Shown: positions 48,971 to 62,427, numbered from the stretch's first letter. The stretch: DNA of 64,000 nucleotides from Bispira polyomma (GCA_965649765.1 OZ287750.1:12276001-12340000); one strand, 5' to 3'. Numbers and translations are program-made. The notes: a model not told the origin generated them from the letters alone.

Positions 48971-49042
48971 GCCATGATCGTATAGTGGTTAGTACTTCAT
49001 GTTGTGGATGTGACAACCCAGATTCGAATCCTTGTCGTGGCA
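48971..49042 (+). pseudogene. tRNA-His(GTG), B-type degenerate
   Basis: B-type lesions. Confidence 0.78.
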
Positions 49043-49259
49043 TGAATAACTAATTTTTGTTTAAACTTGATATTTCCTTCAAACGTTTATTTGAATTTTT
49101 CTGCAATTCATTGGGACATACAGCATTGCAATAAACTAGTTTTAACTAAAAGTAGAAGTATTTGATGAAACTCTTATCAAATTACTGCAACCTTTCACAT
49201 TAGTGAAATGCTTTTATCAAATGATTTTGAAGCAATGAATTTTCCAAAAGTGAATACAA

Positions 49260-49276
49260 CGTCCCTGGGTGGACTC

Positions 49277-49327
<51 letters not shown>

Positions 49328-49333
49328 AGAGAC
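49260..49333 (-). tRNA. tRNA-Asn(GTT), intact
   Basis: Matches the intact consensus. Confidence 0.96.
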
Positions 49334-49902
49334 ATGAATATTTGGCAAAATATTTTCCTTTCCGCTGTATGTCACTGTAAGTGTTCATGGTACCTGCAGA
49401 ATTAATATACAAAAAATAATTTTGTCAATAGAAATCAGCTGATAGTAAAAACCCAAGACATGACCCAACAATTCTCAAGATGTAGTAAAAAATAGGATAT
49501 AGTGTTGATAAAAGGATAATCTCCGCATGTAAATAATATAGATAAGTGTAGCCTGTTCTTGTGATTTTATCAATGTTAATGACATAAGTACACGTGATCT
49601 TAAAAGCGCCAATTTACTTTGTCAGTTTAAACATGTGACTGTGCTTATGGTATATAGTAATTTGCTTACATAATGCTACAGCCGAGAATATGAAATATGT
49701 TATCCAGACATTTATAGAATCTGCTTAATGAAAGTATCGAAGAAAACTGACAAGTCTAATATGATTATGATGTCTTTAATGCTACAGTTTGGTTCTTTTG
49801 CTCAAAGAAATGAAGTGATCTCTAATGGATTCCAGATTTTGTAATCAATGTGGCTTACAACATCTACATTTAGTAGCTGATGACAGACACAGTTATAAGA
49901 AG

Positions 49903-49974
49903 GCCATGATCGTATAGTGGTTAGTACTTCACGTTGTGGCCGTGACAACCCAGGTTCGAATCCTGGTCATGGCA
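49903..49974 (+). tRNA. tRNA-His(GTG), intact
   Basis: Matches the intact consensus. Confidence 0.95.
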
Positions 49975-50194
49975 TGAATAACTAGCTTTTTATTTAAACT
50001 TGATATTTCCTTCAAAGGTTTATTGGAATTTTTCTGCAATTCATTGTGACATACAGCATTGCAATAAACTAGTTTGAACTAAAAGTGGAAGTATTTGATG
50101 AAGCTCTTATCAAATTACTGCGACCTTTCAGAAGTTTGTGAAATGCTTTAATCAACTGATTCTGAACTTGTGAATGTTTCTTAAGCGAATACAA

Positions 50195-50268
50195 CGTCTT
50201 TGGATGTACTCCAACCACCAACCTTTCAGTTAACAGCTTCACGCGCTAACCGATTGCGCCACAGAGAC
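50195..50268 (-). pseudogene. tRNA-Asn(GTT), B-type degenerate
   Basis: B-type lesions. Confidence 0.8.
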
Positions 50269-50840
50269 ATGAATATTTGGCAAAATATTTTCCTTTCCGC
50301 TGTATGTCACTGTAAGTATTCATGGTACCTGCAGAATTAATAGGTAAAAGATAAATTTGTCAAGAGAAATCAGCTGAGAATAAAAACGAATACATCATCC
50401 AACAATTCTCAAGATGTAGTAAAAAATAGGACATAGTGTTGTTAAAAGGATAATCTCCACATGTAAATAATAAAGATAAGTGGAGCCTGGATGTTTTTGT
50501 TATTTTATGAGTGTTAATGACATAAGTACACGTGATCTTAAAAGTGCCAATTTACTTTGTCAGTTTAAACATGTGACTGTGCTTATGGTATATAGTAATT
50601 TGCTTACATAATGCTACAGCCGAGAATGTGAAATATGTTATCCAGACATTTATAGAATCTGCTTAATGAAAGTATCGAAGAAAACTGACAAGTCTAATAT
50701 GATTATGATGTCTTTAATGCTACAGTTTGGTTCTTTTGCTCAAAGAAATGAAGTTATCTCTAATGGATTCCAGATTTTGTAATCAATGTGGCTTACAACA
50801 TCTACATTTAGTAGCTGATGACACACTCAGTTATAAGAAG

Positions 50841-50912
50841 GCCATGATCGTATAGTGGTTAGTACTTCATGTTGTGGATGTGACAACCCAGATTCGAATC
50901 CTTGTCGTGGCA
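50841..50912 (+). pseudogene. tRNA-His(GTG), B-type degenerate
   Basis: B-type lesions. Confidence 0.78.
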
Positions 50913-51129
50913 TGAATAACTAATTTTTGTTTAAACTTGATATTTCCTTCAAACGTTTATTTGAATTTTTCTGCAATTCATTGGGACATACAGCATTGCA
51001 ATAAACTAGTTTTAACTAAAAGTAGAAGTATTTGATGAAACTCTTATCAAATTACTGCAACCTTTCACATTAGTGAAATGCTTTTATCAAATGATTTTGA
51101 AGCAATGAATTTTCCAAAAGTGAATACAA

Positions 51130-51146
51130 CGTCCCTGGGTGGACTC

Positions 51147-51197
<51 letters not shown>

Positions 51198-51203
51198 AGA
51201 GAC
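51130..51203 (-). tRNA. tRNA-Asn(GTT), intact
   Basis: Matches the intact consensus. Confidence 0.96.
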
Positions 51204-51772
51204 ATGAATATTTGGCAAAATATTTTCCTTTCCGCTGTATGTCACTGTAAGTGTTCATGGTACCTGCAGAATTAATATACAAAAAATAATTTTGTCAATA
51301 GAAATCAGCTGATAGTAAAAACCCAAGACATGACCCAACAATTCTCAAGATGTAGTAAAAAATAGGATATAGTGTTGATAAAAGGATAATCTCCGCATGT
51401 AAATAATATAGATAAGTGTAGCCTGTTCTTGTGATTTTATCAATGTTAATGACATAAGTACACGTGATCTTAAAAGCGCCAATTTACTTTGTCAGTTTAA
51501 ACATGTGACTGTGCTTATGGTATATAGTAATTTGCTTACATAATGCTACAGCCGAGAATATGAAATATGTTATCCAGACATTTATAGAATCTGCTTAATG
51601 AAAGTATCGAAGAAAACTGACAAGTCTAATATGATTATGATGTCTTTAATGCTACAGTTTGGTTCTTTTGCTCAAAGAAATGAAGTGATCTCTAATGGAT
51701 TCCAGATTTTGTAATCAATGTGGCTTACAACATCTACATTTAGTAGCTGATGACAGACTCAGTTATAAGAAG

Positions 51773-51844
51773 GCCATGATCGTATAGTGGTTAGTACTTC
51801 ATGTTGTGGCCGTGACAACCCAGGTTCGAATCCTGGTCATGGCA
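51773..51844 (+). tRNA. tRNA-His(GTG), near-intact
   Basis: Single C>T (U-G pair). Confidence 0.88.
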
Positions 51845-52064
51845 TGAATAACTAGCTTTTTATTTAAACTTGATATTTCCTTCAAAGGTTTATTGGAATT
51901 TTTCTGCAATTCATTGTGACATACAGCATTGCAATAAACTAGTTTGAACTAAAAGTGGAAGTATTTGATGAAGCTCTTATCAAATTACTGCGACCTTTCA
52001 GAAGTTTGTGAAATGCTTTAATCAACTGATTCTGAACTTGTGAATGTTTCTTAAGCGAATACAA

Positions 52065-52138
52065 CGTCTTTGGATGTACTCGAACCACCAACCTTTTAGT
52101 TAACAGCTTCACGCGCTAACCTATTGCGCCACAGAGAC
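52065..52138 (-). pseudogene. tRNA-Asn(GTT), B-type degenerate
   Basis: B-type lesions plus extra substitutions. Confidence 0.8.
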
Positions 52139-52710
52139 ATGAATATTTGGCAAAATATTTTCCTTTCCGCTGTATGTCACTGTAAGTATTCATGGTACCT
52201 GCAGAATTAATAGGTAAAAGATAAATTTGTCAAGAGAAATCAGCTGAGAATAAAAACGAATACATCATCCAACAATTCTCAAGATGTAGTAAAAAATAGG
52301 ACATAGTGTTGTTAAAAGGATAATCTCCACATGTAAATAATAAAGATAAGTGGAGCCTGGATGTTTTTGTTATTTTATGAGTGTTAATGACATAAGTACA
52401 CGTGATCTTAAAAGTGCCAATTTACTTTGTCAGTTTAAACATGTGACTGTGCTTATGGTATATAGTAATTTGCTTACATAATGCTACAGCCGAGAATGTG
52501 AAATATGTTATCCAGACATTTATAGGATCTGCTTAATGAAAGTATCGAAGAAAACTGACAAGTCTAATATGATTATGATGTCTTTAATGCTACAGTTTGG
52601 TTCTTTTGCTCAAAGAAATGAAGTTATCTCTAATGGATTCCAGATTTTGTAATCAATGTGGCTTACAACATCTACATTTAGTAGCTGATGACACACTCAG
52701 TTATAAGAAG

Positions 52711-52782
52711 GCCATGATCGTATAGTGGTTAGTACTTCATGTTGTGGATGTGACAACCCAGATTCGAATCCTTGTCGTGGCA
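52711..52782 (+). pseudogene. tRNA-His(GTG), B-type degenerate
   Basis: B-type lesions. Confidence 0.78.
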
Positions 52783-52999
52783 TGAATAACTAATTTTTGT
52801 TTAAACTTGATATTTCCTTCAAACGTTTATTTGAATTTTTCTGCAATTCATTGGGACATACAGCATTGCAATAAACTAGTTTTAACTAAAAGTAGAAGTA
52901 TTTGATGAAACTCTTATCAAATTACTGCAACCTTTCACATTAGTGAAATGCTTTTATCAAATGATTTTGAAGCAATGAATTTTCCAAAAGTGAATACAA

Positions 53000-53016
53000 C
53001 GTCCCTGGGTGGACTC

Positions 53017-53067
<51 letters not shown>

Positions 53068-53073
53068 AGAGAC
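53000..53073 (-). tRNA. tRNA-Asn(GTT), intact
   Basis: Matches the intact consensus. Confidence 0.96.
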
Positions 53074-53642
53074 ATGAATATTTGGCAAAATATTTTCCTT
53101 TCCGCTGTATGTCACTGTAAGTGTTCATGGTACCTGCAGAATTAATATACAAAAAATAATTTTGTCAATAGAAATCAGCTGATAGTAAAAACCCAAGACA
53201 TGACCCAACAATTCTCAAGATGTAGTAAAAAATAGGATATAGTGCTGATAAAAGGATAATCTCCGCATGTAAATAATATAGATAAGTGTAGCCTGTTCTT
53301 GTGATTTTATCAATGTTAATGACATAAGTACACGTGATCTTAAAAGCGCCAATTTACTTTGTCAGTTTAAACATGTGACTGTGCTTATGGTATATAGTAA
53401 TTTGCTTACATAATGCTACAGCCGAGAATATGAAATATGTTATCCAGACATTTATAGAATCTGCTTAATGAAAGTATCGAAGAAAACTGACAAGTCTAAT
53501 ATGATTATGATGTCTTTAATGCTACAGTTTGGTTCTTTTGCTCAAAGAAATGAAGTGATCTCTAATGGATTCCAGATTTTGTAATCAATGTGGCTTACAA
53601 CATCTACATTTAGTAGCTGATGACAGACACAGTTATAAGAAG

Positions 53643-53714
53643 GCCATGATCGTATAGTGGTTAGTACTTCACGTTGTGGCCGTGACAACCCAGGTTCGAA
53701 TCCTGGTCATGGCA
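53643..53714 (+). tRNA. tRNA-His(GTG), intact
   Basis: Matches the intact consensus. Confidence 0.95.
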
Positions 53715-53934
53715 TGAATAACTAGCTTTTTATTTAAACTTGATATTTCCTTCAAAGGTTTATTGGAATTTTTCTGCAATTCATTGTGACATACAGCATT
53801 GCAATAAACTAGTTTGAACTAAAAGTGGAAGTATTTGATGAAGCTCTTATCAAATTACTGCGACCTTTCAGAAGTTTGTGAAATGCTTTAATCAACTGAT
53901 TCTGAACTTGTGAATGTTTCTTAAGCGAATACAA

Positions 53935-54008
53935 CTTCTTTGGATGTACTCGAACCACCAACCTTACAGTTAACAGCTTCACGCGCTAACCGATTGCGCC
54001 ACAGAGAC
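53935..54008 (-). pseudogene. tRNA-Asn(GTT), B-type degenerate
   Basis: B-type lesions. Confidence 0.8.
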
Positions 54009-54579
54009 ATGAATATTTGGCAAAATATTTTCCTTTCCGCTGTATGTCACTTAAGTATTCATGGTACCTGCAGAATTAATAGGTAAAAGATAAATTTGTC
54101 AAGAGAAATCAGCTGAGAATAAAAACGAATACATCATCCAACAATTCTCAAGATGTAGTAAAAAATAGGACATAGTGTTGTTAAAAGGATAATCTCCACA
54201 TGTAAATAATAAAGATAAGTGGAGCCTGGATGTTTTTGTTATTTTATGAGTGTTAATGACATAAGTACACGTGATCTTAAAAGTGCCAATTTACTTTGTC
54301 AGTTTAAACATGTGACTGTGCTTATGGTATATAGTAATTTGCTTACATAATGCTACAGCCGAGAATGTGAAATATGTTATCCAGACATTTATAGAATCTG
54401 CTTAATGAAAGTATCGAAGAAAACTGACAAGTCTAATATGATTATGATGTCTTTAATGCTACAGTTTGGTTCTTTTGCTCAAAGAAATGAAGTTATCTCT
54501 AATGGATTCCAGATTTTGTAATCAATGTGGCTTACAACATCTACATTTAGTAGTTGATGACACACTCAGTTATAAGAAG

Positions 54580-54651
54580 GCCATGATCGTATAGTGGTTA
54601 GTACTTCATGTTGTGGATGTGACAACCCAGATTCGAATCCTTGTCGTGGCA
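54580..54651 (+). pseudogene. tRNA-His(GTG), B-type degenerate
   Basis: B-type lesions. Confidence 0.78.
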
Positions 54652-54868
54652 TGAATAACTAATTTTTGTTTAAACTTGATATTTCCTTCAAACGTTTATT
54701 TGAATTTTTCTGCAATTCATTGGGACATACAGCATTGCAATAAACTAGTTTTAACTAAAAGTAGAAGTATTTGATGAAACTCTTATCAAATTACTGCAAC
54801 CTTTCACATTAGTGAAATGCTTTTATCAAATGATTTTGAAGCAATGAATTTTCCAAAAGTGAATACAA

Positions 54869-54885
54869 CGTCCCTGGGTGGACTC

Positions 54886-54936
<51 letters not shown>

Positions 54937-54942
54937 AGAGAC
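54869..54942 (-). tRNA. tRNA-Asn(GTT), intact
   Basis: Matches the intact consensus. Confidence 0.96.
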
Positions 54943-55511
54943 ATGAATATTTGGCAAAATATTTTCCTTTCCGCTGTATGTCACTGTAAGTGTTCATGGT
55001 ACCTGCAGAATTAATATACAAAAAATAATTTTGTCAATAGAAATCAGCTGATAGTAAAAACCCAAGACATGACCCAACAATTCTCAAGATGTAGTAAAAA
55101 ATAGGATATAGTGTTGATAAAAGGATAATCTCCACATGTAAATAATATAGATAAGTGTAGCCTGTTCTTGTGATTTTATCAATGTTAATGACATAAGTAC
55201 ACGTGATCTTAAAAGCGCCAATTTACTTTGTCAGTTTAAACATGTGACTGTGCTTATGGTATATAGTAATTTGCTTACATAATGCTACAGCCGAGAATAT
55301 GAAATATGTTATCCAGACATTTATAGAATCTGCTTAATGAAAGTATCGAAGAAAACTGACAAGTCTAATATGATTATGATGTCTTTAATGCTACAGTTTG
55401 GTTCTTTTGCTCAAAGAAATGAAGTGATCTCTAATGGATTCCAGATTTTGTAATCAATGTGGCTTACAACATCTACATTTAGTAGCTGATGACAGACTCA
55501 GTTATAAGAAG

Positions 55512-55583
55512 GCCATGATCGTATAGTGGTTAGTACTTCACGTTGTGGCCGTGACAACCCAGGTTCGAATCCTGGTCATGGCA
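55512..55583 (+). tRNA. tRNA-His(GTG), intact
   Basis: Matches the intact consensus. Confidence 0.95.
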
Positions 55584-55803
55584 TGAATAACTAGCTTTTT
55601 ATTGAAACTTGATATTTCCTTCAAAGGTTTATTGGAATTTTTCTGCAATTCATTGTGACATACAGCATTGCAATAAACTAGTTTGAACTAATAGTGGAAG
55701 TATTTGATGAAGCTCTTATCAAATTACTGCGACCTTTCAGAAGTTTGTGAAATGCTTTAATCAACTGATTCTGAACTTGTGAATGTTTCTTAAGCGAATA
55801 CAA

Positions 55804-55877
55804 CGTCTTTGGATGTACTCGAACCACCAACCTTTCAGTTAACAGCTTCACGCGCTAACCGATTGCGCCACAGAGAC
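55804..55877 (-). pseudogene. tRNA-Asn(GTT), B-type degenerate
   Basis: B-type lesions. Confidence 0.8.
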
Positions 55878-56449
55878 ATGAATATTTGGCAAAATATTTT
55901 CCTTTCCGCTGTATGTCACTGTAAGTATTCATGGTACCTGCAGAATTAATAGGTAAAAGATAAATTTGTCAAGAGAAATCAGCTGAGAATAAAAACGAAT
56001 ACATCATCCAACAATTCTCAAGATGTAGTAAAAAATAGGACATAGTGTTGTTAAAAGGATAATCTCCACATGTAAATAATAAAGATAAGTGGAGCCTGGA
56101 TGTTTTTGTTATTTTATGAGTGTTAATGACATAAGTACACGTGATCTTAAAAGTGCCAATTTACTTTGTCAGTTTAAACATGTGACTGTGCTTATGGTAT
56201 ATAGTAATTTGCTTACATAATGCTACAGCCGAGAATGTGAAATATGTTATCCAGACATTTATAGAATCTGCTTAATGAAAGTATCGAAGAAAACTGACAA
56301 GTCTAATATGATTATGATGTCTTTAATGCTACAGTTTGGTTCTTTTGCTCAAAGAAATGAAGTTGTCTCTAATGGATTCCAGATTTTGTAATCAATGTGG
56401 CTTACAACATCTACATTTAGTAGCTGATGACACACTCAGTTATAAGAAG

Positions 56450-56521
56450 GCCATGATCGTATAGTGGTTAGTACTTCATGTTGTGGATGTGACAACCCAG
56501 ATTCGAATCCTTGTCGTGGCA
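56450..56521 (+). pseudogene. tRNA-His(GTG), B-type degenerate
   Basis: B-type lesions. Confidence 0.78.
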
Positions 56522-56740
56522 TGAATAACTAATTTTTGTTTAAACTTGATATTTCCTTCAAAGGTTTATTGGAATTTTTCTGCAATTCATTGTGACATAC
56601 AGCATTGCAATAAACTAGTTTGAACTAAAAGTGGAAGTATTTGATGAAGCTCTTATCAAATTACTGCGACCTTTCAGAAGTTAGTGAAAGGCATTTGTCA
56701 ACTGATTTTGAAGCAATGAATTTTCCAAAAGTGAATACAA

Positions 56741-56814
56741 CTTCCTTGGATGTACTCGAACCACCAACCATTCAGTTAACAGCTTCACGCGCTAACCGAT
56801 TGCGCCACAGAGAC
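56741..56814 (-). pseudogene. tRNA-Asn(GTT), B-type body with A-type 3' flank (mosaic)
   Basis: A-type terminator patch at ~56708-56740. Confidence 0.8.
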
Positions 56815-57386
56815 ATGAACATTTGGCAAAATATTTTCCTTTCCGCTGTATGTCACTGTAAGTATTCATGGTACCTGCAGAATTAATAGGTAAAAGATAA
56901 ATTTGTCAAGAGAAATCAGCTGAGAATAAAAACGAATACATCATCCAACAATTCTCAAGATGTAGTAAAAAATAGGACATAGTGTTGTTAAAAGGATAAT
57001 CTCCACATGTAAATAATAAAGATAAGTGGAGCCTGGATGTTTTTGTTATTTTATGAGTGTTAATGACATAAGTACACGTGATCTTAAAAGTGCCAATTTA
57101 CTTTGTCAGTTTAAACATGTGACTGTGCTTATGGTATATAGTAATTTGCTTACATAATGCTACAGCCGAGAATATGAAATATGTTATCCAGACATTTATA
57201 GAATCTGCTTAATGAAAGTATCGAAGAAAACTGACAAGTCTAATATGATTATGATGTCTTTAATGCTACAGTTTGGTTCTTTTGCTCAAAGAAATGAAGT
57301 GATCTCTAATGGATTCCAGATTTTGTAATCAATGTGGCTTACAACATCTACATTTAGTAGCTGATGACAGACTCAGTTATAAGAAG

Positions 57387-57458
57387 ACCATGATCGTATA
57401 GTGGTTAGTACTTCACGTTGTGGATGTGACAACCCAGGTTCGAATCCTTGTCATGGCA
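57387..57458 (+). pseudogene. tRNA-His(GTG), degenerate
   Basis: G1A and a T-stem mismatch. Confidence 0.7.
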
Positions 57459-57675
57459 TGAATAACTAATTTTTGTTTAAACTTGATATTTCCTTCAAAC
57501 GTTTATTTGAATTTTTCTGCAATTCATTGGGACATACAGCATTGCAATAAACTAGTTTTAACTAAAAGTAGAAGTATTTGATGAAACTCTTATCAAATTG
57601 CTGCAACCTTTCACATTAGTGAAATGCTTTTATCAAATGATTTTGAAGCAATGAATTTTCCAAAAGTGAATACAA

Positions 57676-57749
57676 CGTCCCTGGGTGGACTCGAACCACC
57701 AACCTTTCAGACAACAGCCGAACGCGCTAACCAATTGCGCCAAAGAGAC
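57676..57749 (-). pseudogene. tRNA-Asn(GTT), A-derived degenerate
   Basis: Anticodon-loop and acceptor-stem substitutions. Confidence 0.7.
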
Positions 57750-58322
57750 ATGAATATTTGGCAAAATATTTTCCTTTCCGCTGTATGTCACTGTAAGTGT
57801 TCATGGTACCTGCAGAATTAATATACAAAAAATAATTTTGTCAATAGAAATCAGCTGATAGTAAAAATCCAAGACATGACCCAACAATTCTCAAGATGTA
57901 GTAAAAAATAGGATATAGTGTTGATAAAAGGATAATCTCCACATGTAAATAATATAGATAAGTGTAGCCTAGATGTTCTTGTGATTTTATCAATGTTAAT
58001 GACATAAGTACACGTGATCTTAAAAGCGCCAATTTACTTTGTCAGTTTAAACATGTGACTGTGCTTATGGTATATAGTAATTTGCTTACATAATGCTACA
58101 GCCGAGAATATGAAATATGTTATCCAGACATTTATAGAATCTGCTTAATGAAAGTATCGAAGAAAACTGCCAAGTCTAATATGATTATGATGTCTTTAAT
58201 GCTACAGTTTGGTTCTTTTGCTCAAAGAAATGAAGTGATCTCTAATGGATTCCAGATTTTGTAATCAATGTGGCTTACAACATCTACATTTAGTAGCTGA
58301 TGACAGACTCAGTTATAAGAAG

Positions 58323-58394
58323 GCCATGATCGTATAGTGGTTAGTACTTCACGTTGTGGCTGTGACAACCCATGTTCGAATCCTGGTCATGGCA
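58323..58394 (+). tRNA. tRNA-His(GTG) variant (T-stem mismatch; function doubtful)
   Basis: Two substitutions. Confidence 0.6.
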
Positions 58395-58614
58395 TGAATA
58401 ACTAGCTTTTTATTGAAACTTGATATTTCCTTCAAAGGTTTATTGGAATTTTTCTGCAATTCATTGTGACATACAGCATTGCAATAAACTAGTTTGAACT
58501 AAAAGTGGAAGTATTTGATGAAGCTCTTATCAAATTACTGCGACCTTTCAGAAGTTAGAGAAAGGCATTTATCAACTGATTCTGAACTTGTGAATGTTTC
58601 TTAAGCGAATACAA

Positions 58615-58688
58615 CATCTTTGGATGTACTCGAACCACCAACCTTTCAGTTAACAGCTTCACGCGCTAACCGATTGCGCCATAGAGAC
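58615..58688 (-). pseudogene. tRNA-Asn(GTT), B-type degenerate
   Basis: B-type lesions. Confidence 0.8.
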
Positions 58689-59260
58689 ATGAATATTTGG
58701 CAAAATATTTTCCTTTCCGCTGTATGTCACTGTAAGTATTCATGGTACCTGCAGAATTAAAAGGTAAAAGATAAATTTGTCAAGAGAAATCAGCTGAGAA
58801 TAAAAACGAATACATCATCCAACAATTCTCAAGATGTAGTACAAAATAGGACATAGTGTTGTTAAAAGGATAATCTCCACATGTAAATAATAAAGATAAG
58901 TGGAGCCTGGATGTTTTTGTTATTTTATGAGTGTTAATGACATAAGTACACGTGATCTTAAAAGCGCCAATTTACTTTGTCAGTTTAAACATGTGACTGT
59001 GCTTATGGTATATAGTAATTTGCTTACATAATGCTACAGCCGAGAATATGAAATATGTTATTCAGACATTTATAGAATCTGCTTAATGAAAGTATCGAAG
59101 AAAACTGACAAGTCTAATATGATTATGATGTCTTTAATGCTACAGTTTGGTTCTTTTGCTCAAAGAAATGAAGTGATCTCTAATGGATTCCAGATTTTGT
59201 AATCAATGTGGCTTACAACATCTACATTTAGTAGCTGATGACAGACTCAGTTATAAGAAG

Positions 59261-59332
59261 GCCTTGATCGTATAGTGGTTAGTACTTCACGTTGTGGATG
59301 TGACAACCCATGTTCGAATCCTGGTCATGGCA
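59261..59332 (+). pseudogene. tRNA-His(GTG), degenerate
   Basis: Acceptor-stem and T-stem mismatches. Confidence 0.7.
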
Positions 59333-59552
59333 TGAATAACTAGCTTTTTATTGAAACTTGATATTTCCTTCAAAGGTTTATTGGAATTTTTCTGCAATTC
59401 ATTGTGACATACAGCATTGCAATAAACTAGTTTGAACTAAAAGTGGAAGTATTTGATGAAGCTCTTATCAAATTACTGCGACCTTTCAGAAGTTAGTGAA
59501 AGGCATTTATCAACTGATTCTGAACTTGTGAATGTTTCTTAAGCGAATACAA

Positions 59553-59626
59553 CATCTTTGGATGTACTCCAACCACCAACCTTTCAGTTAACAGCTTCAT
59601 GCGCTAACCGATTGCGCCACAGAGAC
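59553..59626 (-). pseudogene. tRNA-Asn(GTT), B-type degenerate
   Basis: B-type lesions. Confidence 0.8.
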
Positions 59627-60198
59627 ATGAATATTTGGCAAAATATTTTCCTTTCCGCTGTATGTCACTGTAAGTATTCATGGTACCTGCAGAATTAATA
59701 GGTAAAAGATAAATTTGTCAAGAGAAATCAGCTGAGAATAAAAACGAATACATCATCCAACAATTCTCAAGATGTAGTAAAAAATAGGACATAGTGTTGT
59801 TAAAAGGATAATCTCCACATGTAAATAATAAAGATAAGTGGAGCCTGGATGTTTTTGTTATTTTATGAGTGTTAATGACATAAGTACACGTGATCTTAAA
59901 AGCGCCAATTTACTTTGTCAGTTTAAACATGTGACTGTGCTTATGGTATATAGTAATTTGCTTACATAATGCTACAGCCGAGAATATGAAATATGTTATC
60001 CAGACATTTATAGAATCTGCTTAATGAAAGTATCGAAGAAAACTGACAAGTCTAATATGATTATGATGTCTTTAATGCTACAGTTTGGTTCTTTTGCTCA
60101 AAGAAATGAAGTGATCTCTAATGGATTCCAGATTTTGTAATCAATGTGGCTTACAACATCTACATTTAGTAGCTGATGACAGACTGAGTTATAAGAAG

Positions 60199-60269
60199 GC
60201 CATGATGTATAGTGGTTAGTACTTCACGTTGTGGATGTGACAACCCAGGTTTGAATCCTCGTCATGGCA
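60199..60269 (+). pseudogene. tRNA-His(GTG), degenerate
   Basis: 1-nt deletion at position 9, B-box gtttga. Confidence 0.8.
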
Positions 60270-60486
60270 TGAATAACTAATTTTTGTTTAAACTTGATAT
60301 TTCCTTCAAACGTTTATTTGAATTTTTCTGCAATTCATTGGGACATACAGCATTGCAATAAACTAGTTTTAACTAAAAGTGGAAGTATTTGATGAAACTC
60401 TTATCAAATTACTGCAACCTTTCACATTAGTGAAATGCTTTTATCAAATGATTTTGAAGCAATAAATTTTCCAAAAGTGAATACAA

Positions 60487-60503
60487 CGTCCCTGGGTGGA
60501 CTC

Positions 60504-60554
<51 letters not shown>

Positions 60555-60560
60555 AGAGAC
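60487..60560 (-). tRNA. tRNA-Asn(GTT), intact
   Basis: Matches the intact consensus. Confidence 0.96.
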
Positions 60561-61133
60561 ATGAATATTTGGCAAAATATTTTTCTTTCCGCTGTATGTC
60601 ACTGTAAGTGTTCATGGTACCTGCAGAATTAATATACAAAAAATAATTTTGTCAATAGAAATCAGCTGATAGTAAAAATCCAAGACATGACCCAACAATT
60701 CTCAAGATGTAGTAAAAAATAGGATATAGTGTTGATAAAAGGATAATCTCCACATGTAAATAATATAGATAAGTGTAGCCTAGATGTTCTTGTGATTTTA
60801 TCAATGTTAATGACATAAGTACACGTGATCTTAAAAGCGCCAATTTACTTTGTCAGTTTAAACATGTGACTGTGCTTATGGTATATAGTAATTTGCTTAC
60901 ATAATGCTACAGCCGAGAATATGAAATATGTTATCCAGACATTTATAGAATCTGCTTAATGAAAGTATCGAAGAAAACTGACAAGTCTAATATGATTATG
61001 ATGTCTTTAATGCTACAGTTTGGTTCTTTTGCTCAAAGAAATGAAGTGATCTCTAATGGATTTCAGATTTTGTAATCAATGTGGCTTACAACATCTACAT
61101 TTAGTAGCTGATGACAGACTCAGTTATAAGAAG

Positions 61134-61205
61134 GCCATGATCGTATAGTGGTTAGTACTTCACGTTGTGGCCGTGACAACCCATGTTCGAATCCTGGTCC
61201 TGGCA
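61134..61205 (+). tRNA. tRNA-His(GTG) variant (acceptor and T-stem mismatches; function doubtful)
   Basis: Two substitutions. Confidence 0.55.
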
Positions 61206-61425
61206 TGAATAACTAGCTTTTTATTTAAACTTGATATTTCCTTCAAAGGTTTATCGGAATTTTTCTGCAATTCATTGTGACATACAGCATTGCAATAAAC
61301 TATTTTGAACTAAAAGTGGAAGTATTTGATGAAGCTCTTATCAAATTACTGCGACCTTTCAGAAGTTAGTGAAAGGCATTTATCAACTGATTCTGAACTT
61401 GTGAATGTTTCTTAAGCAAATACAA

Positions 61426-61499
61426 CATCCTTAGATGTACTCAAACTACCAACCTTTCAGTTAACAGCTTCACGCGCTAACCGATTGCGCCACAGAGAC
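61426..61499 (-). pseudogene. tRNA-Asn(GTT), B-type degenerate
   Basis: B-type lesions plus destroyed B box. Confidence 0.82.
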
Positions 61500-62071
61500 A
61501 TGAATATTTGGCAAAATATTTTCCTTTCCGCTGTATGTCACTGTAAGTATTCATGGTACCTGCAGAATTAAAGGGTAAAAGATAAATTTGTCAAGAGAAA
61601 TCAGCTGAGAATAAAAACGAATACATCATCCAACAATTCTCAAGATGTAGTAAAAAATAGGACATAGTGTTGTTAAAAGGATAATCTCCACATGTAAATA
61701 ATAAAGATAAGTGGAGCCTGGATGTTTTTGTTATTTTATGAGTGTTAATGACATAAGTACACGTGATCTTAAAAGCGCCAATTTACTTTGTCAGTTTAAA
61801 CATGTGACTGTGCTTATGGTATATAGTAATTTGCTTACATAATGCTACAGCCGAGAATATGAAATATGTTATCCAGACATTTATAGAATCTGCTTAATGA
61901 AAGTATCGAAGAAAACTGACAAGTCTAATATGATAATGATGTCTTTAATGCTACAGTTTGGTTCTTTTGCTCAAAGAAATGAAGTGATCTCTAATGGATT
62001 CCAGATTTTGTAATCAATGTGGCTTACAACATCTACATTTAGTAGCTGATGACAGACTCAGTTATAAGAAG

Positions 62072-62142
62072 GCCATGATGTATAGTGGTTAGTACTTCAC
62101 GTTGTGGATGTGACAACCCAGGTTTGAATCCTCGTCATGGCA
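62072..62142 (+). pseudogene. tRNA-His(GTG), degenerate
   Basis: Same lesions as 60199-60269. Confidence 0.8.
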
Positions 62143-62359
62143 TGAATAACTAATTTTTGTTTAAACTTGATATTTCCTTCAAACGTTTATTTGAATTTTT
62201 CTGCAATTCATTGGGACATACAGCATTGCAATAAACTAGTTTTAACTAAAAGTGGAAGTATTTGATGAAACTCTTATCAAATTACTGCAACCTTTCACAT
62301 TTGTGAAATGCTTTTATCAAATGATTTTGAAGCAATAAATTTTCCAAAAGTGAATACAA

Positions 62360-62376
62360 CGTCCCTGGGTGGACTC

Positions 62377-62427
<51 letters not shown>

